Of a DNA stretch of 64,000 bases, positions 13,101-25,100 are shown one piece after another (position 1 is the first letter of the stretch; each line of letters begins with the position of its first letter). Source of the stretch: Mizuhopecten yessoensis (lineage: Eukaryota); NCBI RefSeq assembly GCF_002113885.1, contig NW_018405506.1:1522199-1586198 (forward strand), given 5' to 3'. The notes under the pieces were generated by a model. The model saw only the letters and a list, made by a program, of their open reading frames with translations. It did not search any database and was not told the origin of the DNA. Made by a program: the position numbers and the translations under genes.

Positions 13101-16100
13101 CGAATCTAAAGCAGGCGAACCATGTGAGTACAAGTATAGTATTTCCAGATTTAGGTTTAAGATTTGAGGGTTTTGACAATTCGTCAAGGAACAATGAATA
13201 TCTACGATAAGTCAAAGCAGGTTGCCTGCTTTATTATGAATGTTCCTATCAACTATTCGTCGTCACGTTGTATTGTAACGTCATGTTTATCCATCAGGTA
13301 TCTGTTTTCACGTGGTAAGCTACCATGACGTATCCATCAGGTATCTAATGTCACGTGTTAGTGTTTCATCTTCGCTAGCCAAGTGTTCGCTTCGTATACG
13401 AACACTTGGCTAGCGATGATAGTTATGTTTCAGTTATATGTCCATCAAGTATATGTTGTTATGTCGTAAGCTACCATGACGTATATATCAAGTATCTGAT
13501 GTCACGTGGTAAACTACCAAGAGTTATCCATCAGAATAAACTCTTCGTAGTGTGAGCCGTTTTGACTTTCTTTGAAAGATGAACTGTTATTAATTTTGAA
13601 ACGACAAAAAGGGTGCCAGATAGTTATATTTGAAATTATAAATATTTGTCGGTCTCTTCTTAACATGTGTCATTGTATGTAACCTAGATGCTTACAAAGA
13701 TATTTCATAATAATGTGACGGTCAAGTGGTCAAGACTCTGTGTCCAAACTCAACTTGAGAACAACCTAAGGTAGCGTGGTTACCATCACAATATAATGGG
13801 TGGGTAGTAGACTCTTGCCTACTACCCAGATACTGACGACTCAGTTGCACCAATTAAACAGCTTGGTTTAATTCTATCAACTTTACTAAGAGACGACTAT
13901 AATACAGAATCACAGGTACAAAATTGGCCATTTATTAAATATTCAACAATTCATAGAGTACAACAGTTTTCTCACTCACATACAGATTTGGATTATACAA
14001 CATTTGTAAAACAACTTCCTTAAATACTCCTATTCCATCAGTACTTTCTCACAATAATAAATAGTGCAATATTCTCACCATACAAGCTAACCCAGTTCTC
14101 ACGTTTAATCAATCTCACAGATAGTTATAACAATCCACTAAATTCTGTCAAGATTATAAAATGGAACAAACCAATCATATATCCGAGTTGAACTATTGAG
14201 TCAATAACTAACACTGTTGTGATAAACAATAACAAGATCAGGAGGTATTTGATCTAAGATTAAACAATTGCTCCATAAAGGCTAGCTAGATCTACAGTAA
14301 TCCTGATAACAATTAAAACCTAGTGTTAATACACTCACCTAACTGTCCTAAGTACTATAACAACGTGATATAAATAGAATAGTTCACACAAGCTCTCAAC
14401 TCATACAAGTATCTCAATGACGGAATCTATTTAGATAACTAATCAGTCTAATGCTTCATAAAAATCCTTTCATAGCTCATTTTCCGGTCAAACACACGAA
14501 CGTGAACTCTCATCTACAGCAGAATAGATTACAATAAAATTCTATTATCGGCTGTGGAAATACTGATAAATATTACTATATTCTAAATTCACATTGCTGA
14601 TTATCGTTATCCATTATACATGTAGCTAGTAATAACATAAGCCTGGTTCCCATTCCATTAGTACTACTGTAACTATTCCGGTACACTAATTGTCTATAAA
14701 CAGATGTTCCTATAGGGAACGCAATGATATTAATGAACTTGTAAGTCACTCTTTTCCAAGCTTTCGGCCTTAGCCCTTCGTCAGGGATCAAATGTCACTG
14801 GACCTCTATGTCACATCCATCTTGACAAACATGTTGAATAACTATGACGTTGATGCTGATGACGTCATAACACTGTTACCATGTACGTCCGACTGTGATG
14901 TGTGTGATAGACTCATACACAAGTTCATTAATATTCCGTTACAAGTTACAACCCCCGTCCGTCCCAAATAACCAGAAATACGCTAAAATTCCCATAATAA
15001 ACCCACAATAAACACGTAACCACACAAAGACTACACCTAACCTAACACTTAAAGACAACACAAGCTCCGGAACTGAGGAAACACCTCTTTGTCCATCGCT
15101 AACACACATCTCGACAAAACACAGCAACACACACGGCAGACAAATGGAATTGGTTGGAAATGGCTGGTATTCGCTGGAATACCATCTAACCAGCATTAAA
15201 GTTGTTTAAACGTTGTAGAACCGTAATGAATCTCAACAAAACATAAACATAACTCTGAGAACTCACATACCTTTACTGAAATGATCATGAATTACTATGT
15301 ATCCACACCGGAAGTGATCCAATAGAAAATACGAAACTATACTCCGCCTAGCTCTGCAGCTGTCATAACAAACACAATGGCCACCATCGGTAACATGTGC
15401 TTCAGCCCACCGATTACATGACGGTGTTTACAACGGTAATCACCGAGTAAGAAAAGCGTAAATAAATCTAAGTAACGGCTCTCGTTATATTTGGAGGAAT
15501 CAATTACTTAATAATTTGTAGATTTACGACTAAAATCTGATATAATGCCTTTTTGTCACAATAACTTCTCGTAACAGTATTCCGATATCACAGAGCGCCA
15601 TGATTCGGCCCTGCAGGAATGCCCGGCCATGTGGGATTTTTAGCAGCCACTTACTAAAATAAGAAACCTCAACGTGCTACCATCCATGACAAAAAGAGTG
15701 ATTTATATGTATGAATTGATAAAACGTGTTATATAATTATTGTATACTAGGTGTTTTTAATTTAGAAAATATTTAAACTCAAGTTCAAGAATGATGGAAA
15801 GACTCGTATAATCCCGCGTGAAAGCATTCAAAATTATCAATTGATGTTTTTCAGGAAATTTAATCAATTTGAGTGATTACAACGGAACTGTAATTACAGT
15901 GCTGTAATAATAGCCAACCCTGTCGTAAACTCATTTCAATTTATAAATGATTCATCATAGAATGCAACGGATGGAAATTGTTTTATCAACATGTAAAACA
16001 GAGAACGAAAAGGTGCCGGAACACGTACGTCATCTATCAGAGAAACACTGACAGTTACGGTCGATGTACAGTTCAATGTCAATATTTGATGACAAATATC

Positions 16101-19100
16101 AATACGTCGTGTCAACGATAGACAATATTCAGTGTCTGTACAGACGAGGGCACATGTACGGTTAGATTTGAATTCCTATGGATGGCCAACGTGTTACCTG
16201 GATATTAAAATGTGATTGATAAGGCGAAGGGTTATGTACACGTTTGTATATTAAAATGTAATGGTAGTGCATCATGGTTACTACAGGCAACAATGCTTAC
16301 ATGGCGTATCATGACAGATCCGTCTCCCGAGGAATTGATTTTATTCTTATCGATTTACAATATTTCATCTATGCTCAGATATTTAATATATGTTTAAGTG
16401 AATAAAACTTTTTCATAAAAGCTTGTTTTAAAGAAATGAAATACGCGGAAAGTGTGTTGCTAGACAAACGATAATTTACGACATCAGTAAAACCCAGGGA
16501 ATGCCCATTAAATTCTGAAGAAGTGTGTTAGGGGATTAAGAAAATATTTAAAGACTTGTGAAATTTTAAGTTATCATGATGTTGTGATGAACGAGTTTAA
16601 AGTTTAAAAACTTTAATGTCATATTTTGCAAGCAGCAAATGCTGATGCAGTTTTAATCAAGGAGACAATCTTTATTTTCATCTAGATAATGTTTTTTTTC
16701 GAATCGCGGTCCCTTCAGTCCCAGTACAGGGACGATATGTTTGATGTTGACGATAAGAGGAGGGTCTACAAGCACCTTAAGGTCTCGACGGAGTATAAGT
16801 ACTGTTCAGTTTCTGTATTTCCGAGAGCCATCCGACTCATAGGTTAAATGTCAAACAACTACATCATGTAGAACATGTAAAAGATATTATTATACAAATA
16901 TAAATTGATTAAGTGGAGATTGAGCTTACAAAGTACATAAAAACCTATCTCAGTATTATTTGTTCGCTTTTGATACTTGATCCTTGAATCCCTGAATGCC
17001 GGGCTGAAATTGCACGAGGTTGATTAGGCGAAACAAATCGAGATTTCTGTTTTAACATCTTCTTATTAAAATGAAAAAGATATTGGAGGTCTGTTACACT
17101 TAGTGAGTTGGTCGAGAGTTGAATCAAATCAGAACACATCCTGATGCATGACGTCTGCCAGTTAATACTAGTTTTTAACTCCACTGATAATTTTGAATAG
17201 TGTTGTAATACGGAATTCGAAGAGGAAAGATACGGCCGTAAATCTCTTTGAATATATAACTGTTGATTATAGACCCAACAATAGCCAGTGTAATATGTCT
17301 GTTGCTAATTAATGCTGGTAGCATTACCGGATAACTCATGGATTGTATTTCGTTGACGTAAATCGCCAGTGTTATTAATGAAGAAATAATTACAAATACA
17401 CTTAAACAGTAACGCGTAATCTTGACATCTAATACGACAAGACTGCATTTCATCTCTCGTCTATGATAATGCGACTAGGTGTGACGTCATACTCTTGTGA
17501 CCATGGTGATAGTACCAATGTTCTTCACCTCCGTCGTTTTATATATTATATGTGCGGTCGAATAATAAACGATGTCAGATCGATATGTTAATCTTATCAT
17601 AACTGTGACGTCATTTTGTAAAGAGTACTATCACAGACTAAGTTAACTACTAAGAGATCTATTTGAGTCAGTGTACAATTCTTGCGAGGTGAAACGCAGA
17701 TTCTATAACATTGCGATAGGTGTAACCCCTCTTTTTAGATTCCTGAGAGGTCTAACACAGGCTATGTAAATTCCTGAGAGGTCTAACAGAGGCTATGTAA
17801 ATTCCTGAGAGGTCTAACAGAAGTTATGTAAATTCCGGAGAGGTCTAACAGAGGCTATGAAAATTCCTAAGAGGTCTAACAGAGGCTATGTAAATTCCTG
17901 AGAGGTCTAACAGAGGTTATGTAAATTCCTGAGAGGTCTACCAGAGGCTATGTAAATTACCGAGAGGTCTGACAGAGGCTATGTAAATTCCTGAGAGGTC
18001 TAACAGAGGCTATTTAAATTACCGAGAGGTCTAACAGAGGCTATGTAAATTCCTGAGAGGTCTAACAGAGGCTATGTAAATTCCTGAGAGGTCTAACAGA
18101 GGCTATGTAAATTCCTGAGAGGTCTAACAGAGGCTATGTAAATTCCTGAGAGGTCTAACAGAGGCTATGTAAATTCCTGAGAGGTCTAACAGAGGCTATG
18201 TAAATTCCTGAGAGGTCTAACAGAGGCTATGTAAATTCCTGAGAGGTCTAACAGAGGCTATGTAAATTCCTGAGAGGTCTAACAGAGGCTATGTAAATTC
18301 CTGAGAGGTCTAACAGAGGCTATGTAAATTCCTGAGAGGTCTAACAGAGGCTATGTAAATTCCTGAGAGGTCTAACAGAGGCTATGTAAATTCCTGAGAG
18401 GTCTAACAGAGGCTATGTAAATTCCTGAGAGGTCTAACAGAGGCTATGTAAATTCCTGAGAGGTCTAACAGAGGCTATGTAAATTACCGAGAGGTCTAAC
18501 AGAGGCTATGTAAATTCCTGAGAGGTCTAATAGAAGCTATGTAAATTCCTGAGAGGTCTAACAGAGGCTATGTAAATTCCTGAGAGGTCTAACAGAGGCT
18601 ATGTAAATTCCTGAGAGGTCTAACAGAGGCTATTTAAATTACCGAGAGGTCTAACAGAGGCTATGTAAATTCATGAGAGGTCTAATAGAAGCTATGTAAA
18701 TTCATGAGAGGTCTAACAGAGGCTATGTAAATTCCTGAGAGGTCAAACACAGTTTATGTTTATTACTGAGATGTCAAACACAGGCTATGTAAACATAAAG
18801 AAGTCAAACAAGGGCTATTTAAATCCCCGAGAAGTCTAACACAGGCTATGCAAATTCCTAAGGGGTCTAACTCGGGCTTTTTAAATCCCCGAGAGGTCTA
18901 ACACAGGCTTTGTAAATACCCGAGAGGTTTAAGACAGGCTATGTAAATCACCGAGAACTCCCTAACACAGGCTTTGTAAAATCATTAGAGCCTAACACAG
19001 ACTATGTAAAATCATTAGAGCCTATCACAGGCTTTGTAAATTAATGCTTTAAGATTAGAAACGTTACTTACATGTTTTGAAGTTGATCAACAATTTCATT

Positions 19101-22100
19101 TAGCATTACAATCACTGTTTCTTTCTCTGTTCATCTTTAACTGTTTACATGCAATCCATGTTTTGTTGTTTCGGAGCGCCAGTCATGTGTAACTGTTGGC
19201 TTTACTCAAATATCCATCTGTTGGATAAGTAGTGGTCTTATGGGTAACCGTTAGATAAATGAATAGGCATCATCTTATCCAATGCCAAACTGTTGAATAA
19301 AGCAAATGAAGGTACCCAATGTTTCGCTAGCTGACAAATAAAATTTGTATTTAATCTTTATATTTGCTTATATTGTACTATCTGTCAAGCTCACGGTCAG
19401 AATACCCACTCTGTAAATTTGTAAAGTGCTGATTTTATGTGTTGAAGAGCGATGTCGATATATTGGTGAATTTGATTGATTGAAATAAACATTTAGTATT
19501 AAGCATGGCGCCAAACACATACTAAGCTACCTCAGTCTAAACTCCGAATAGATCTTCTTTATTCCTTTCTACGTGAATTTTCTGTAGGCTTCCCTGAAAT
19601 GGTATCCGTGGTTCTACCTATAATCAATGCCAACCTAACCACAGCATTACATTTCAAATGTTGCTTTAGAATTAGAATGACATATCCGCAGTCTAAACAA
19701 CATTAGTTTGACGGTAAACGGTACCAAAAGGGTTCTGGCAAATTTTCAAAATATCAACAAAACCAACTCTTGAAACATACCACTTAATGTATTTGGGTTC
19801 TTACTTAATGGATCGCTATTGTAAGTGGGGATTGTTTTTCTTGTCCTCTCACATATTGCACTGTACTAAGTACGGTATTGGATACTGTTAATGTAGTAAA
19901 CATGTTATTGTAGACTTACACGATTATTATGTTTTGATTATACAATGTACTACATTACAATTTTTTGGGTAAATATACCAATGCCTGGAAATGGAGTTTT
20001 ATGATTTGGTATTGACAAAAAATACCCCTCTGTTTCAGAATCTTAAAATGAAATCTTCTAAACACCTGTTTCAGACTACGAAGAGACAGGGTTTCTGGCG
20101 CTGCAGTATGCCATTGACAAAGCCATAATAGACAAAAAGGCTCCTTCGAACACCCTGGGCACCACATACAACATACAGCTCAAGAAAATGGCCTACCCGA
20201 CGTTCGTGGAGGACGGCCTGACAGCCACCCTGTCTTCAATTATGCCCCTGTTCCTCATGTTGTCCTTTATCGTTACTGTATTCACGGCCACTAAAAACAT
20301 CGTCCAGGAAAAGGAGACCAAAATCAAGGTAAACAAAGCAACTGACTCGTTCACACTTTTTTTGGAAATTAGCCAGACAGCATATATTATGTCAAATCTT
20401 CATTTTCTACAGGCAAACTGGTAATATACCCTTTCATTGTATTCCGTCTTTGCGTATTGCAGAGTTATCTTCTCTTGGGAACAGGTATTGATTGTTACGT
20501 CATTGATTTGTGCGAGAAAATTACGTCGTTTTCTCAAAAATTGATGACGTTACTCTCACAAACAAGTGACGTAACAATCAATACCTGCTCCCAAGAGAAG
20601 ATAACTCTGCAATACGCAAAGACGGAATTGTCAATCTTACACAAGCTTCGTAATAGCTGTCACACAATTCTTCTGGTTTTTTTATAGAGCCCTGTCATGT
20701 ACAGCACTGTTATTAGATGCAATTACAATGCAATGGCCTCTATACAACCGTTTTTTTGTAAACAAGAGTATGCATGACGTTGATGCAATCAGAGATATAT
20801 GGTTTTATCACATAAGGTACTGTGTTATCCAGTGAATATATTCATGTCATTATTTTTGGCGTATTAACCCATGTAATATGACCTTTCAGCCCTGTGATTG
20901 GTTGTAAGTTTCGATTGGTTTAATTGTGACTCCATGCATCGGACAAGTACATGACGTCACAGACTTACTCACTGGAGTCAAAATGGCGGCTTTTTACATT
21001 TCAAAGTTGCATGGAAATTGTCGTTTTACACGAATAAATGCCACAAATCTTGATTATGTTATAAAAAGGATCTTAATCTCGTTTTCAATTTATGTGTAAT
21101 TTATGAAACTCGTAACGAATTTTTCAAAATTTATCTCTTTGTGTACATGTGTGAGTTCATTTACAACGTGTCTCCTTGTTGATTGTTTATAGGAGTCGAT
21201 GAAGTTGGTGGGGTAGAGCCCGAATATGTACTTGATTTCAAAATATTGTGTTGGTTTGTTTACAGGAGTCGATGAAGCTGATGGGGATGAGCCCCACCAT
21301 GTACTGGCTGTCTTGGTTCACCAAACTGTTTATCTACCTGTTTGTCATCTGCTTCCTGTTTGCACTGCTGTTCGGGGTCAAGGCCGGCGATAATGGCAGT
21401 GTTCTGCAGGCTTCCCAACCTTCCCTCATCTTTGTATTTCTTCTTCTCTTCGGCATCTCAATCATCGCCTTCTGCTTCATGATGGCGACTATATTCAAGA
21501 GAGGTAATATTCATTTGAGCGAACTCGCACTTTGCCATAAATCTAATCAGTGACTATATTGCCATACGTTTCATCCTGTTAAATGAACATACCAATGAAG
21601 ATAGCATTCGAAGTTCTGCAAGTTGCCTTGACGCCTCTTTTGACTTCAGTATGCGTCATCGTGTAGGAGATCTTGGCAGAATATAGTGTACTGTATACTC
21701 CTTGCTTAATTGAATAATCATGAAAAATATCAGTATTCTGTGATACTTTTGAAATATACATAAGATTCAACAGGAAAACTATTAAATATCCGTAAGTGTT
21801 ATTATATACGAATTATGAAGACAAATCTTCTGTCGCTATGAATGAAATGATTTTGCATTTAAACCGAGAAGAAATACATGTTCGGTGTGATGATTGTGTC
21901 TCCTAGCCACGTCGGCGGCGTTCGCGGCGGGGATCCTCTACTTCCTGTTCTACATGCCACAGTTCTTTCTGGGTCGGTCCTATGACACGCTCGGCAAGGG
22001 GGAAAAGGTGGCCATCTCCCTGCTCAACCTCATGGCCATGTCGTTTGGGGTCACCACCATCACCCTGTACGAAGGCACAGGTTAGTTTTATTTTACACAT

Positions 22101-25100
22101 CGTAAGATTTGGCTGAAACAGTAGGTCAATAGGCGTACTATTTCATTTCTACATAACTTTAATGCGATCAAAACGTTTAAGTTGGTTTGGCATTTACAGT
22201 CCATGTGAATAACAGAACGTTGCAGGCAAAGCATATAATGTGCGCTAGCATTACCATTTTGGAGTATTTCAATATAATAGAAATTAAAGTCTGCTTTATA
22301 TAATTTAGCATATGGTTCAAGTAAGTGTATGTATCGTGTATGTTTTTGCTATGAATAGAACAGCCATCTTCTATGGAGAGTGAGTGGTATCTAACATTAC
22401 ATTCATGTCGTTATAATAATGGTATTTTCAACACGTGCGCCATGGCATTTACAGTCTTTATGAATGCCATTATAACTTTGTTGGGCTATGTTATGTCAGT
22501 GCCATGGAATGGTAAATGTAATGGTGTAATTGCATGGTCATGTCTCTTCAGTTCGTGTTGCCGTCTTTTCGAGTCAACGTTTGATTCAGATTTAAACTTT
22601 TTGTTTTGGCGCTGAAGTAATGTTTCTTTGTCACCGTTATACTAAAGGTGCTGGTGCGCAATGGTCTAACTTCCACCAACCTGCCACTGTGGACGACAAT
22701 TACTCACTAGGGGACGCCATTGGCATGCTCGTGCTGGACAGCCTAATCTACTTTCTAGTGGCCTGGTATTTGGAGAACGTCCGTCCTGGGGAATTCGGAA
22801 TTCCCAAACCGCTTTACTTTCCGTTCACGGTACGGCAGTCATCTTTCGTCGATTTTCTTAGTTTCTATCGTGATAAAAATGGAAGTTTTTCATTTTCAAA
22901 AATACAACGATCGGTCATTAGTCAGTATGAGTCTGTTTGTGTATGCATTTGCATAATTTTCCAACTTTCGATGGGTCGAGTTTCAACTCATTTTCAGGAG
23001 TAAGTATATATCAGTAATGTAGACGTAAATAAGATAGAAAGAAGCATAAACGACTTAATACATTCGTTAGCCTCCTGCTTCTCAGCCCCCTAATTATCCC
23101 AAGGTTAGCGATAATGGAAATCGCCGCATTATATTTTGTATACATTTAACAATGTATAAAAAATGATGCCTTAAGAATAGTAGATTCTGTATATATTCTG
23201 ACAGTTATGTATAAACATGTTTTGCTAATTACCATAATGTACCTTCTAACTTCTAACATCGGTCTAGTACCGATATATATATCTATGTTGCTAGACATTT
23301 CCCTAGATAAAAGTCCCAATTCAAAAGAACTCGTTTTGATGTGCACTAATTAATCGCCGTTACACAGAAAACCTACTGGTGCGGTGCCACGGCTGAGACG
23401 GAGATGCTACAGGTCTCTCTTGACAATAAAGACAAGGACAAATTTGAGCCCGACCCCGCGGACCTTCGTGCTGGTATCAACATCAGCCATCTGCGTAAGG
23501 TAGGTTCTGTAGTTTGTTATCGCTGTTGTAATGTTCTGACTAGTGCACTTAATTTAACTCCTTATGTGATGGTAAAACTTGGACTGGGATATAAACTGTA
23601 GGATAATATGCTTTGACATTTTCTATAATAAATATGAAAGGTATTTTGTTCGTAACTGTATAGGTATTCGGCAGCGGCAAGGAGAAGAAGGTAGCTGTAG
23701 CCGACACCTCCCTTAACATGTACGAGAATCAAATAACAGTGTTGCTGGGCCACAACGGGGCAGGAAAGACTACCACTATGTCTATGATTACAGGTACGTG
23801 AAACTCATGCGCACCCATATACCACCGTAGGTATGTTTATATGAACGTGTAACTCACGTGTGCCCATCTACAGCCATAAACATGTTAACATGTACGAGTA
23901 ACCCACATATACCAGGTACCCATATACCACCATAACTATGTTTACATGTACGAGTTACGTACGCGCACCCATACACAACCATGTCTAACAAAACATATCA
24001 GTATTTACTTATGAAAGACTGCAATGTAATTATTCTGTATTTGCTGAAAAGGTAATATTTTCCCCTTTAGGTTTTATACCGCCTACTAGTGGGACGGCCA
24101 TAATTAACGGTAGTGACATACGAAAGGACATAGATGGCGTTCGGAGTAGCCTCGGACTTTGCCCACAGCACAACATCCTATATGACAACATGACTGTAGA
24201 GGAGCACCTGTGGTTCTTTGCAAAGGTAAGATTAATATATTCTGTGGATGTAGCATCCCTGAGGTAAGACAATTATATTTCTGTTGTAAATGTTGCTGAT
24301 GTGTGGAACATGTCAAGAAAGTGTATGTCGGCATGAATTGCTGCCTGAACACCAATGAACTAATTTGTCTTTGCATTCTAGTTGAAGGGATGTCCATCAG
24401 ATCAGGTCAAAAAAGAAGTGGACGATATTATTGAGGTGATGGGAATAGAAGCAAAACGACATCGCCTGTCGTCAACACTTTCCGGGGGACAAAAGAGGAA
24501 ACTTTCTGTTGGCATTGCCCTCATCGGTAATACAAAGGTACGTATTTTGAAACACAAACATATTGTATCTCTCTATTTGCAGATCAATTGTGGTTTCTAC
24601 ATAACAGAAACATTTGACAGCCCTGATCGAAATAGCACTGAATGGCCTCTTAAAGGTGAGCAGGTAGCAACCGATGAGGCAGGCAAGAAAAGTTCTAGGG
24701 TAATAATGCATTGTGTATTGCATTGATGGTACAAGATGGAACCTTATATTTAATTGCCTGACATGGTATGTATACCTACAGTACCCCCCCCCCCCCCCCC
24801 CCCCCCCCGGTATGTAATGATACTTTTAAGCCCAATATTAAACAGTGATATGTTATAACCTTTACCTCAATGAAATAGTCAACCAAGACGACTAAATTGT
24901 ATCAATGGTAACAACAGGTGGTTATACTTGACGAACCTACCTCGGGAATGGATCCGGCCGCGCGCAGGGAGACATGGGAAATCCTCCGGAAGTACAAAGA
25001 AGGTCGAACCATCCTACTGTCAACCCACTTCATGGACGAAGCCGATCTCCTTGGCGACAGAATCGCTATTATGTCCGACGGGGTCATCAAGTGCTGCGGG

